Below are positions 1 through 11,389 of a DNA stretch of 64,000 bases, piece by piece. The notes beneath the pieces are model-generated. The model was not told where the DNA came from, made no database searches, and was given only the letters and a program-made list of their open reading frames with translations. Each line of letters begins with the position of its first letter. Position 1 is the first letter of the stretch. This DNA comes from an uncultured Gammaproteobacteria bacterium. Lineage in GTDB: Bacteria > Pseudomonadota > Gammaproteobacteria > DRLM01. The stretch spans positions 352,001 to 416,000 of the forward strand of contig CAVSNY010000007.1 in assembly GCA_963729605.1 (NCBI GenBank), given 5' to 3'. Made by a program: the position numbers and the translations under genes.

Positions 1-1445
1 ATGAAATAACGCATGACCGACCATTGCACGACGGCGTGATTGCGTTCGCCGCCTTTGGCCGTGACCTTGAAACGCTGGCCGAAGGGCCGCAGCAGCCCCT
101 GGGCGATCGAGCCGAGGATGGTGAACAGCATGATCAGCCGGGTGACGTCGGTGATGGCGAGGGTGAAGGTCCGGTTCGAAACCCACAACGAGGCCATGAT
201 CATGGTGACGAAGGCCGGCGCGAAATAGTGGATCAGATCCCGCGCGTCGGCGGTGATGGCGTACACGCCGAAGTACAGATACAGCAGCGGCGCCACCAGG
301 GTGGCCAGCGTCCAGGGAAAGGTCACCATCCAGCTCATCGCCAGCCAGAGAAAACTTACGCGTTCGAGCAAGCTCAGGCCGGGCGACCACAACGGACAGT
401 TTTTCATCCGCAATATCTGCATGGTGCCGAGACACCAGCGCGAGCGTTGCGTCAGGTATTCCTTCAAACCTTCCGGCGCGAGGCCGATGCTCAAGGGTTC
501 GTTGAGATAACGGGTGATGTAGCCGCGCTGCATCAGCACGTAGCTGAGCAGCATGTCCTCGGTGACGCTGTCGGTGGGAAAGCCGCCGATCAAATCCAGA
601 TGGCTGCGCCGGGTTACGCTCGAGGTGCCGCAACAGAACGCGACGTCCCAGGCGTCGCGCGACGGCTGGACGATATCGAAGAAATAACGCTGTTCATCCA
701 CCCAGTGGCGCTGCGCGGCGAGATTGGACTGGATGGGGTCGGCGTTGAAGAAATGCTGGGGGGTCTGCACGATGCCGATGCGCGGATCGTCGAAAAAACC
801 GACGGTGCGCCACAGAAAATTGCGGCGCGGCACGAAGTCGGCGTCGAGGACCATGATCAGCTCGCCGCGGGTTTGCGCCGCGCTCACCGCCAGGCCGTGA
901 TTGAGATTGCCGGCCTTGGCGTGAAGATTGTCGGGCCGGGTGACGTAGCGCGCGCCCTTGGCGGCGCAGAAGTCGCGCAGCCAGGCGCGTTTGCCGTCGT
1001 CGAGCACCCACACCGCGTAGCGCGGATAGTCCATCGCCAGGGCGCCGACGATGGTGCGTTCGACCACGTCGAAACCTTCGTTATAAGTGGCGATGAACAC
1101 GTCGACGAAGGGCGGCTCGGCGCGGGCGCGCAGGCGCGTCTCGCGGCCGTCCGCCTCGGCCGAGCGCTGCACGATGCGCGACTGGATGAAAAAACCGATG
1201 ACCAAGCCCAGCAACGAGGCCGATTCCAGCAGATAAAAAGCCCATTGCCACAATACCTGCGCCGACAGGGCGAGGTCCGGCAGCGTCGCGAAGGTGCGCC
1301 AAAAGAGATAACGCAGGATCAGCAGCGCCGCACCGCCCAAGACCAGCAGGCGCGCCCAGTTGCGCTCGCGCGGCAGGAACGGCAGCCAGGCGAGCAGCAG
1401 GGCGGCCAGCAACAGGGAAGGCAGCAGATGGGCGTAGGCGTTCAC
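1..1445 (-). CDS. GT2 processive glucan synthase (BcsA/CrdS/BgsA-like), runs off left edge
   Basis: Absent from ORF track because there is no stop in the window. Manual translation from GTG at 1445 (overlaps upstream TGA) gives VDVFIATYNE, LDDG, HAKAGNLN, LDADF, QTPQHF, TED, QRSRW motifs. Confidence 0.85.
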   Translation of the reverse strand, partial: MNAYAHLLPSLLLAALLLAWLPFLPRERNWARLLVLGGAALLILRYLFWRTFATLPDLALSAQVLWQWAFYLLESASLLGLVIGFFIQSRIVQRSAEADGRETRLRARAEPPFVDVFIATYNEGFDVVERTIVGALAMDYPRYAVWVLDDGKRAWLRDFCAAKGARYVTRPDNLHAKAGNLNHGLAVSAAQTRGELIMVLDADFVPRRNFLWRTVGFFDDPRIGIVQTPQHFFNADPIQSNLAAQRHWVDEQRYFFDIVQPSRDAWDVAFCCGTSSVTRRSHLDLIGGFPTDSVTEDMLLSYVLMQRGYITRYLNEPLSIGLAPEGLKEYLTQRSRWCLGTMQILRMKNCPLWSPGLSLLERVSFLWLAMSWMVTFPWTLATLVAPLLYLYFGVYAITADARDLIHYFAPAFVTMIMASLWVSNRTFTLAITDVTRLIMLFTILGSIAQGLLRPFGQRFKVTAKGGERNHAVVQWSVMRYF

Positions 1446-2745
1446 GGCGAGGGGGCGGTGTCGGCGGGATCGTCCGATTTGTGGAAGCTGACCTTGGCGC
1501 GGCGTCCCACGTGATTGAAAATTTCCGATTCGTCGGCGAATCCGGCCTTATCCAAATTGACCACCACCAGGAATTCGCGGGGTTTGATCGGCGGCGCGGC
1601 CACCGCGAGCACGGAGTCGTCGAGCTTGGCCTCGTTGCCTTGCACGCGTTCGACGGTGCCGTGCAGGGATTTGGGCGAGGCGATCAGATCGACCACCGCG
1701 TCGTCGCCCACCGCGATATCGTCGAAGTGGCGTTCATCCAGGCTGACCATCAGGAACAGGCGCGAGGTATCGAGAATTTGCAGCAGCGGCGCGCCCGCCG
1801 TGACGTATTCGCCGTGGGTGGCCAACTGCAACCAGACTTGGCCGGCGGCGGGGGCGGCCAGTTCGGCCAAATTGAGCCGTTCCAGCCGCTGCTGTTCGAC
1901 GGCCGCCTGCGCTCGGTTTCTTGCAGACGGATCCGCGAGTCGCGCAACTCGCTGCGCAGCGCCTGGCCGCGCAGCAGGATTTCATCGCCGCGCTGCTGGG
2001 TGTAGGGCACGTTGTTGTAGCCGTCGCCGAAATAGATGCCTTGCGCGGCGCTGTGCTTCTCGACCTTGACCCGCTCCACCGCGCGCTCCGCTTCGCGGAG
2101 ATCCGCCAAGGCGACGATCTCCGCGCGTTGCGCCGCCTCCAGCGCGGCGAGGGTCGATAATTGTTTGCTGTATAGCGTTTGCTGCCGTTGCAAGGTCGCG
2201 GCCGCCTCCTCGGCGACGGCCCGCCGCGCGATCAGCCGCGCGTTGGCCTCCGCCAGCAGCGCGGTGTAACGTTCGCCGATCGCGTCGCGGTATTCGCCGG
2301 AGCTGGTTTTGAGGCGCTGCCCGATCCGCTGCAATTCGATGAGTTCCTGTTCGAGGGCGGCGATCTTCTCCAGCAAGGTCGCCTGCTGGGCGCGCAGCGC
2401 CGAGAGCTGGGCGTCGTCGACGCGGTGGTTGCCCAGGCGGACGAGGATTTCATTTTTCGCGACGCGCCGGCCGGCGTTGGCGGCGATGGACAACACGTCG
2501 CCTTCGATGGGCGCGCGCAGGGTGATGACATGGGCGTTGACGACGGCGTTGCTGCTGATGGGGAAGAGCATGTCCGGGATGAAGACCCAGCCCGCGATCA
2601 GGAGTATCAGCGAGCCGAGGGTGATGCGAATCAATCGCGCGCCGCCCCGCTTTTTTGGGGCGCCGGCCGGCGGCGTGTTGGACGGCATGTCCTCGTCGGC
2701 GGCCGTACCTAGGGGGAGCTCTTTAATATTTGATTTGCTCGCCAT
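1442..2745 (-). pseudogene. HlyD-family membrane fusion protein split by an apparent 1-bp frameshift near 1908
   Basis: ORF 1750..2745 has TM + LRAPIEG lipoyl half + coiled coil; ORF 1442..1870 has the second half (LAAPAAG...GEYVTAGAPL). Confidence 0.7.
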
Positions 2746-3004
2746 GAACGGGTACTCCAGTGAGTGATCAACCGGAAATCCGTTCCGGCATTTATTGTTC
2801 TATGCACCAGAATTTATATTGCTACCATTTTATCCAAGCAGGTTACAAGTGGGTAAATGCGCGGCGCACGGCGAGTCTGGCCGCCGCGCGGCCATCCCCG
2901 CCGAGCGCGCTCCCGCCCCCAACGGGTCCGATGCCGGTCATAAAGTTTTATTTGTCATTGGCTTGGTGTTATCCTCACGGCTGACCTAGCGAGATTTATT
3001 TGTC

Positions 3005-3826
3005 GTGGATATGCTGCTTTACCTCAAGGCCGCGCTGCTCGGCCTGCTGGAGGGGGCCACCGAGTTCCTGCCGGTTTCCAGCACCGGTCACCTCATCATC
3101 GCCGCCGACCTGTTGAATTTCACCGGCGAACGGGCCAAGACCTTCAACATCTTCATCCAGCTCGGCGCCATCCTCGCCATCGTCTGGCATTACCGCGCCA
3201 AGGTGCTGAGCGTCGCGCGCGGCGTGGGCCATGATCCGGCGGCGCGGCGTTTCGTCGCCAATCTCTTCATCGCCTTTCTGCCGGCGGCGGTGCTGGGGCT
3301 GTTGCTGCATTCGACCATCAAGGCCTATCTGTTCAATCCGGTGTCGGTGGCCGCGGCGTTGGTGCTCGGCGGTTTCGTCATTTTGTGGATCGAATCGCGC
3401 AACCGCGCGCCGCGCATCGAACATGTCGACGATATGCGCTGGCAAGACGCGCTTAAAGTAGGCGTGGCGCAGAGTTTCGCGCTGTTTCCCGGCGTGTCGC
3501 GCGCCGGTGCCACCATCATGGGCGGTTTGTTGAGCGGCCTGTCGCGGCAGGCGGCGACCGAATTTTCATTTTTTCTCGCCATCCCCACCATGTTCGCGGC
3601 GACGCTCTACGATCTCTACAAGAGCCGGGATTTGATCCATGGCGAAGAGGTGGGCTTGCTGCTGACCGGTCTGGTCTGCGCCTTCATCAGCGCGCTGGTG
3701 GTGGTGAAGGCATTTCTGGCCTTTATCGCCCGCCATGATTTTAAAATCTTCGCCTGGTACCGCATCGTCTTCGGCGGCATCGTCTTGGTCTTGGGGCTGA
3801 CCGGCGTGGTGCAATTCAACTCGTAA
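3005..3826 (+). CDS. uppP: undecaprenyl-diphosphatase
   Basis: EGATEFLPVSSTGH and PGVSRAG motifs. Confidence 0.95.
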   Translation: MDMLLYLKAALLGLLEGATEFLPVSSTGHLIIAADLLNFTGERAKTFNIFIQLGAILAIVWHYRAKVLSVARGVGHDPAARRFVANLFIAFLPAAVLGLLLHSTIKAYLFNPVSVAAALVLGGFVILWIESRNRAPRIEHVDDMRWQDALKVGVAQSFALFPGVSRAGATIMGGLLSGLSRQAATEFSFFLAIPTMFAATLYDLYKSRDLIHGEEVGLLLTGLVCAFISALVVVKAFLAFIARHDFKIFAWYRIVFGGIVLVLGLTGVVQFNS

Positions 3827-4074
3827 TGCCCCGCCCGTTGCCGTCGGCGCGGCAATGACCACCCTGTGCATGGCGCGGTATCTTCGGGTATCCGGCCAAG
3901 AATGGACTATCATGAAACGAGGGCGTTTGCCCTCGCGTGAAATCGTGAAGTGACGTTGTTCGCTGCGGGACGCCCCGCGCCTTTGCCGCGTTTTATTCCG
4001 CATCACCGGGCGCCGCCGAGTTCCCATCCCCCTGTAAATTTCTTGCAATGGCTTATGTCGACAGGAGAAATCCC

Positions 4075-4677
4075 ATGGCAAAAATTCTCGTTCTTTATTA
4101 CAGCATGTACGGCCACGTCGAAACCATGGCGAACGCGGTGGCCGACGGCGCGCGCGGCGTCGCCGGCACCGAGGTCACGATCAAGCGCGTGCCCGATCTG
4201 GTGCCGGAAGACGCGGCGCGCAAGGCCGGCGCGAAGCTGGATCAGGCCGCGCCCGTCGCCACGGTGGATGAGCTGGCGAATTACGACGCCATCCTCTTCG
4301 GTACGCCGACCCGCTTCGGCAATATGTGCGCGCAGATGCGTAATTTTCTCGACCAGACCGGCAAGTTGTGGCTGAACGGCGGCTTGATCGGCAAAGTGGG
4401 CAGCGTGTTCACCTCCACCGCGACTCAGCACGGCGGCCAGGAAACCACCATCACCTCGTTTCACACCACGCTGTTGCATCACGGCATGCTCATCGTCGGC
4501 GTGCCTTATTCCTGCCCGGAATTGATGAATATGGACGAGATCAGCGGCGGCACGCCCTACGGCGCCTCGACCCTGGCCGGCGGCGACGGCAGCCGCCGGC
4601 CGTCGGAGAATGAATTGAAGATCGCGCGTTTTCAGGGAGACCACGTCGCCAAGATCGCCAAGCGGCAGGCAATGTAG
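4075..4677 (+). CDS. wrbA: NAD(P)H:quinone oxidoreductase WrbA
   Basis: [27 protein letters not shown]; AGGAG RBS before ATG 4075. Confidence 0.95.
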   Translation: MAKILVLYYSMYGHVETMANAVADGARGVAGTEVTIKRVPDLVPEDAARKAGAKLDQAAPVATVDELANYDAILFGTPTRFGNMCAQMRNFLDQTGKLWLNGGLIGKVGSVFTSTATQHGGQETTITSFHTTLLHHGMLIVGVPYSCPELMNMDEISGGTPYGASTLAGGDGSRRPSENELKIARFQGDHVAKIAKRQAM

Positions 4678-4838
4678 AGGTGGATTGCGGCGTTCGCGAT
4701 GGGCGTCTCCCCTGACGAGCGGTGAAGTGCATTGATACGCGCATGTCCATCGCACGCCTTGTTTGCGGTTTTTCGCCAGTGCCGTGTTCAGCGGGTGCGG
4801 GTATTTCGCAGATGATTAAACGGCACGTCATCTCTCGC

Positions 4839-5573
4839 TCAGCCCGGCGCGCGCGTGCGCCCGCCCTTCGCCGGCGCGGCGTGGCCGCGCACCGGCAATA
4901 AATCGCTCAACTCCTTTTCCGTCAGGTTGCGCCAATGGCCGACCTTCAGCCCGCCGAGTTTGATGTGCATGATCCGCACCCGTTGCAGGCGCCGGACGTC
5001 ATAACCGAACACCTCGCACATGCGGCGGATTTGCCGGTTCAAACCCTGGGTGAGGATGATGCGAAAACTGAATTTGTCGATGCGGCTGACCTTGCAGGGT
5101 TTGGTGCGGGTGCCGAGGATGTCGACCCCGCCGGCCAGGCCGCCGAGCAGGGTGTCGGTCAGCGGTTTATCGACGGTGACCAGGTATTCCTTCTCGTGGT
5201 TGTGTTCGGAACGCAACACGCCGTTGACGATGTCGCCGTCGTTGGTCAACAGGATCAAGCCTTCGGATTCCTTGTCCAGCCGGCCGATGGGAAAGATCCG
5301 TTCGGGGTGATCAATGAAATCGATGATGTTGCCGGCGATATGCCGTTCGGTGGTGCAGGTGATGCCGACCGGTTTGTTGAGGCAGATGTACACGGGGCGT
5401 TTCTTGCGCGGGCCGATCACGCGCTTATCGACGCGCACCTCGTCGCCCTCGTTCACTTGGCTGCCGAGTTCGGCCCGCTGGCCGTTGAGGGTGACCCGTC
5501 CCTGGGTGATCCACTGATCCGCCTCGCGGCGGGAACACATCCCGGTTTCGCTGATGAATTTATTCAGTCTCAT
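4839..5573 (-). CDS. rluF: 23S rRNA pseudouridine synthase (RluF-like)
   Basis: S4 domain (CSRREAD), [18 protein letters not shown]. Confidence 0.8.
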   Translation of the reverse strand: MRLNKFISETGMCSRREADQWITQGRVTLNGQRAELGSQVNEGDEVRVDKRVIGPRKKRPVYICLNKPVGITCTTERHIAGNIIDFIDHPERIFPIGRLDKESEGLILLTNDGDIVNGVLRSEHNHEKEYLVTVDKPLTDTLLGGLAGGVDILGTRTKPCKVSRIDKFSFRIILTQGLNRQIRRMCEVFGYDVRRLQRVRIMHIKLGGLKVGHWRNLTEKELSDLLPVRGHAAPAKGGRTRAPG

Positions 5574-5921
5574 GTTTGGATACGGCAAGGGCGGTGGGCC
5601 GGAGGGTTGCTGAGCCCTATCATAATCGCCCGCGCGAATTTGCGGGAGCGGAACCCGTGGCGCGATACCTCACGCGGCGGCTTGCCCGCGCCGGGGCCGG
5701 CATGGGTCGCGCGCCTGCTTCAACTCGCCGTCCCTTTGCGCGGAAGGCGTCGCCGTCGCGGGGATAAGGCCGCGCAGCGGACCAGGACCTTCTTCACCGC
5801 CCGGGGTGTGGCCGCGGTGGCGCGCCGCCTGGCCGTTCAGCAGGCCGCGCAAATAGACCCGCGCCGACGGCCAGTCGAAGGAGGAGGCGCGGAAGCGCGC
5901 ATGGCGACATGCCCGCCGCGT

Positions 5922-7190
5922 TTATTTCGTGACGTCGAAGTTCGTGTTCACCTTTTTCGCCACCGTTAGGTTTTTCAGCCGCACGTAATAGGGCAGGCCG
6001 TTTTTAAACGGCGGATAGTCTTCGCCGGCGATCAGCGGTTGCAGATAGCGGCGGCAGGCGGCGGTGATGTGGAAGCCGTCGCGGCTGATGAAGTTGCGCG
6101 GCATTTTCTTTTCGACGTTGGCGACCTTGGCCAGCGGCGCGACCCCGATGGTCCAGCGATAAGGCCGGTCGGATTCGCGGACGATGGTGGGCATCACCGC
6201 GTTATGGCCTTGCAGCGCCAGTTCCACCGCGGCCTTGCCCACCGCGTAGGCCTGTTCGACGTCGGTCCTGGACGCGAGGTGGCGGGCCGAGCGTTGCAGA
6301 TAGTCCGCCACCGCCCAGTGATATTTGTAACCCAGCCGGTCCTTGATCAACTGGGCGAGGCGCGGCGCCACCCCGCCCAACTGGGCGTGGCCGAAGGCGT
6401 CGCGCGCGCCGCTTTCGGAGAGGAAGGCGCCGTCCGGGGTCTTGATGCCCTCGGACACGGCGATGACGCAGTGGCCGTATTGTTGGACGGCCTTGCCGGC
6501 CCGCGCCAGAAAGGCCGCTTCGTCGAAGGCGATCTCGGGGAACAGGATGATGTGCGGCGCGTCGCCGGTTTCTTCGCAGGCCAGGCCCGTGGCGGCGGCG
6601 ATCCAGCCGGCATGGCGGCCCATCACCTCCAGTATGAAAATCTTGCTGGAGGTCTCGGCCATGGAGGCGACGTCGTAGGCGGCCTCGCGGATGGAGGTGG
6701 CGACGTATTTGGCCACCGAACCGAAGCCGGGACAGGTGTCGGTGAGGGGCAGGTCGTTGTCGATGGTCTTGGGGATGCCGATGCAGGTAATCGGGTAGCC
6801 CATTTTCGCGCCGAGCTGCGATATCTTGTGGGCGGTGTCTTGAGAGTCGTTGCCGCCGTTGTAAAAGAAATAGCCGATGTCGTGGGCGCGGAATACCTCG
6901 ATCAGCCGCTCATAGGCCGGCCGGCTCTCTTCCAGTCCTTTTAATTTATACCGCGCCGAGCCGAAGGCGCCGCCGGGGGTGTGGCGCAGGGCGCGGATGG
7001 CGGCGGCGGACTCCTTGCCGGTGTCGATCAGCTCTTCGCGCAGGGCGCCGAGGATGCCGTTGCGTCCCGCGTAGACTTTGCCGATGCGGTCGCGGTGGCG
7101 GCGGGCGGTCTCGATCAGGCCGCAGGCGGTGGCGTTGATCACCGCCGTCACGCCGCCGGATTGGGCATAAAAGGCATTCCGTTTCGCCAT
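5922..7190 (-). CDS. phosphofructokinase, probably PPi-dependent
   Basis: QSGG, GGNDS, PKTIDND, EVMGR motifs. Confidence 0.9.
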   Translation of the reverse strand: MAKRNAFYAQSGGVTAVINATACGLIETARRHRDRIGKVYAGRNGILGALREELIDTGKESAAAIRALRHTPGGAFGSARYKLKGLEESRPAYERLIEVFRAHDIGYFFYNGGNDSQDTAHKISQLGAKMGYPITCIGIPKTIDNDLPLTDTCPGFGSVAKYVATSIREAAYDVASMAETSSKIFILEVMGRHAGWIAAATGLACEETGDAPHIILFPEIAFDEAAFLARAGKAVQQYGHCVIAVSEGIKTPDGAFLSESGARDAFGHAQLGGVAPRLAQLIKDRLGYKYHWAVADYLQRSARHLASRTDVEQAYAVGKAAVELALQGHNAVMPTIVRESDRPYRWTIGVAPLAKVANVEKKMPRNFISRDGFHITAACRRYLQPLIAGEDYPPFKNGLPYYVRLKNLTVAKKVNTNFDVTK

Positions 7191-7427
7191 GGGTTCTCCT
7201 CGCGTGCGTGGCAGACCGGACGTGCAATACATCCGCGTCGATGAATTGATCTTACACGGTCCTCTTTCCGTTGACTCGGTCGCGTGACTCAGAGTAGGTT
7301 AAGCGGGCCACGGCCAGGAGGGGTCGCGGCACGGCGTCGTGGGCAGTGCCGCCGCAGAAAAAAAACCGATATCACGGCCTCAAAAGCCTAACCCACATCA
7401 TTCACCGCTTTGCGCGAGGACACCGCC

Positions 7428-8678
7428 ATGAGAATTGTTTTGTTGGGAGCGCCCGGTTCCGGAAAAGGTACCCAGGGCAAGTTGCTGTCGTCTAAACACC
7501 GTATCCCGCAAATATCGACGGGCGACCTGTTGCGGGCGGCGGTGTCCGCGGGCACGGCCCTGGGCCGGCAGGCCAAGGCGGCGATGGACGCGGGGCAACT
7601 GGTTTCCGACGAAATCGTCCTGGGCATCATCGGTGAACGCCTCGGCGAGCGCGACGCCGCCAAAGGCTTCATCCTCGACGGCTTCCCCCGCAACATCGCG
7701 CAAGCCGAGGCCCTGGACACGATGCTGATCGAGCGCGGCACGCCTTTGCAGGCGGCGGTGCTCATCAACGTGGAAGTCGAAGCGCTCATCGAACGGCTCA
7801 CCGGCCGGCGCACCTGCGAATCCTGCGGGCAGATGTACAACGTCTACACCTCGCCGCCCCGCCTCGACGACCGTTGCGACAAATGCGGCGGCGACCTCCG
7901 CCACCGCGCCGACGACAACGAAGAGACCATCAGCAACCGCCTGCGGGTCTACGACCAGCAGACCTCGCCGTTGATCGCCTACTACCGCGCGCAGGACAAG
8001 CTCAAGACGGTGAAGGGCGAGGGCGACATCGCCGAGATCTTCGCCGAGATCGAAAAATTGCTGCGCAAATTGCCGTCCGGGGCGCCGGCGGCGGTCCGCG
8101 CCGCCGACACGGCGTCGGCCGAGGAAAAACCGTCGATGGAAGATCTGCGCAAAAAGGTCATGGCCGCCGCGGCCAAGACCACCGCTAAGGAGCAATCGAC
8201 TGCGCCAAAACCGGCGCCGGTTAAAAAACCCGCCGCCCAGCCGGCCGCCGTGAAGGAAGAGGCCGAGCCGGCGGTGACCAAACCGGCGGTAACCAAAAAG
8301 CCCGCCGTGAAGAAGGCCGTGGTCAAAAAGGCCGCGGCCAAGAAGAAGTCCGTGGCCAAGAAGCCCGCAAGCAAGAAAAAGGCGGCGGTGAAGAAGGGCG
8401 GGACGAAGAAGGCCGTCATCAAGCGCAAGGCCGCGCCCAAAAAGGCCGCGGCGAAGAAGACGCCGGTGAAGAAGGCGGCGGTCAAAAAGAAACCCGCCGT
8501 GAAAAAGGCCGTAGGCAAGAAAAAAGCCACGGGCAAGAAAAAGGCGGCGGTGAAAAAGGCGCCGGCCAAGAAGGGCCCGCCTAAGAAGGCGCCGGCCAAG
8601 AAGAAGGTCGTGGCCAAAAAGGCGCCGGCCAAGAAAGGCGCGGCGAAAAAGGCCGCCGCCAAAAAGAAGCGCCGCTGA
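7428..8678 (+). CDS. adk: adenylate kinase (Zn-type LID) with a long Lys/Ala/Pro-rich C-terminal tail
   Basis: GAPGSGKGTQ, STGDLLR, LDGFPR, CESC/CDKC LID, RADD; then about 200 aa of extension, mostly KKAA/PAKK repeats. Confidence 0.9.
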   Translation: MRIVLLGAPGSGKGTQGKLLSSKHRIPQISTGDLLRAAVSAGTALGRQAKAAMDAGQLVSDEIVLGIIGERLGERDAAKGFILDGFPRNIAQAEALDTMLIERGTPLQAAVLINVEVEALIERLTGRRTCESCGQMYNVYTSPPRLDDRCDKCGGDLRHRADDNEETISNRLRVYDQQTSPLIAYYRAQDKLKTVKGEGDIAEIFAEIEKLLRKLPSGAPAAVRAADTASAEEKPSMEDLRKKVMAAAAKTTAKEQSTAPKPAPVKKPAAQPAAVKEEAEPAVTKPAVTKKPAVKKAVVKKAAAKKKSVAKKPASKKKAAVKKGGTKKAVIKRKAAPKKAAAKKTPVKKAAVKKKPAVKKAVGKKKATGKKKAAVKKAPAKKGPPKKAPAKKKVVAKKAPAKKGAAKKAAAKKKRR

Positions 8679-8740
8679 ACGCAGAGGCGTGAATTAATTC
8701 ACCGCCGACTCATTAACCATCCACATAGGCATGATCAAAG

Positions 8741-8768
8741 CGTCCCCTCTCCGTCGGGAGAGGGGACG
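8741..8768. repeat. CCCTCTCC-Nx-GGAGAGGG hairpin repeat
   Basis: CGTCCCCTCTCC-GTCG-GGAGAGGGGACG; related copies at 25980, 37879, 60496. Confidence 0.7.
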
Positions 8769-8886
8769 TCGATCCAATATAATGACCCCCAATCTCTCGC
8801 CGGCCGCGCCCTCGCCATGCGCCCCGCGAAGGGGAGCGGGGTGTGTAGTTTATCGCCGGGTTAATCGCCGCGGTCATAGGAGCTGA

Positions 8887-9909
<1,023 letters not shown>

Positions 9910-10144
9910 GCGCCTTTTTGTAAGCAGCCTTTCCACGGAGTGATGGGCGTCGCCTGGTGTCGCGCGGCGCGCATCCGTTCGTCGTCGGCCCCGTTCAACG
10001 GGCGCGCCGCCGCTGGCTTGGACAGGGTCGGCATGGTGGACAAATCAGGCAGGCGTGGACGGCGTCCAATCCGGGCGAAGGTCCACGTGCGCGCGGCGGC
10101 CGGCATCAATCACCGCGCGATCGAGGGTTAGAGGTGGTGTTGCC

Positions 10145-11389
10145 ATGAAGCGCGTATCGAAAAAAATTCTCCTCCCCGCGCTGTTTTTAGCGGTGGGCGG
10201 CGGCGGTGCGGCGCTGCTGGTCGCCACCAAGCCCAAGCCCCCGGCCCTTAAGGTCGAAGAGCAGGCCTGGGTGGTGGCGGTGCAGAAGGTTCAAAGGCAA
10301 GCGGTGGCGCCCTCACTGACGTTATTCGGACGGGTCGAGTCGCCCCGCGCCGCGCAACTGGTCGCGGCGATCGACGCCGATGTGCGGGCCGTGCCGGCCC
10401 GCGAGGGGCTGGCGGTCAAGGCCGGCCAGTTGCTGGTGCAGCTCGACGACCGCGAGGCGCGCTTGACCGTGGACCGGCGCGCCGCCGAGGCGCTGGATAT
10501 CGAGGCGCAAATCGCCGCCGAACGCCAGCAGCACGAAAGCGACGTGGCCGCGCTCGCCCACGAACAGGAGTTATTGCAGTTGGCGGAGCAGGCCTTGGCG
10601 CGCGCCAATCAAGTAAAGGCCAAGCAACTGATTTCCCAAGCGGCGGTGGACGAGGCGCGCCAAGCGGTGGCCCGGCAGAGCGTCAGCGCCGTGACCCGCC
10701 GGTTGGCGGTGGACAGCCACCCCGCCCGTCTCGCGCAACTGGAGGCGCGGCTCGCCAGGGCGCGGGCGGACCTCGCTTCGGCGCGCCTCGATCTGGAACA
10801 CACCCGCATCGTCGCACCCTTCGCCGGCCGGCTCGCCAAGGTGCAGGTGGCGCCGGGCGGCCGGGTCACGATGGGGACGGCGCTACTGGAAATCTACGAT
10901 ACCGCCGCCTTGGAGATCCGCGCCCAGATTCCCGCGCCGCAGGTGGCGGCGCTGCGGCGGATGTTGACCAAGAGCGGTCAAGTGCGCGGCAGCGCCGAGG
11001 TGGACGGCGAGGCCGTGGCGGTGACCCTCGACCGGCTCGCCGGCCAGGTCGACGCCGACAGCGGCGGGGTCGATGGCCTGTTTCATGTGACGCGCGGCGC
11101 CGCCGTGCTCGCCCTCGGCCGCTTCGTCGATCTGGTGATCGACCTGCCGCCGGCCGCCGACGTGGTGGTATTGCCCTACGCCAGTCTCTACGGTTTGAAC
11201 CGGCTCTATGTCATCCGCGACGGCCGCATGGCCGGCGTCGAGGTGGAGGTGGTGGGCGAGCGCCGCGCCGACGGCGGCCGCCAGGTGCTGGTGCGCAGCC
11301 CCGCCTTGCATGAGGGCGCCGAGGTCATCGTCACCCATCTCCCCAACGCCATCGAAGGCCTGCGGGTCAAGGCGGCCCAGGGCTCATGA
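10145..11389 (+). CDS. RND efflux periplasmic adaptor
   Basis: N-terminal TM, lipoyl halves (APFAG), coiled coil; ATGA overlap with the permease. Confidence 0.9.
   Translation: MKRVSKKILLPALFLAVGGGGAALLVATKPKPPALKVEEQAWVVAVQKVQRQAVAPSLTLFGRVESPRAAQLVAAIDADVRAVPAREGLAVKAGQLLVQLDDREARLTVDRRAAEALDIEAQIAAERQQHESDVAALAHEQELLQLAEQALARANQVKAKQLISQAAVDEARQAVARQSVSAVTRRLAVDSHPARLAQLEARLARARADLASARLDLEHTRIVAPFAGRLAKVQVAPGGRVTMGTALLEIYDTAALEIRAQIPAPQVAALRRMLTKSGQVRGSAEVDGEAVAVTLDRLAGQVDADSGGVDGLFHVTRGAAVLALGRFVDLVIDLPPAADVVVLPYASLYGLNRLYVIRDGRMAGVEVEVVGERRADGGRQVLVRSPALHEGAEVIVTHLPNAIEGLRVKAAQGS

Noticed and set aside
24-1514. 496-aa plus-strand ORF and similar long antisense ORFs (e.g. 4935..5969, 7982..8662, 21133..22230)
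   Set aside because: Shadow frames of real opposite-strand genes in high-GC DNA; no motifs.
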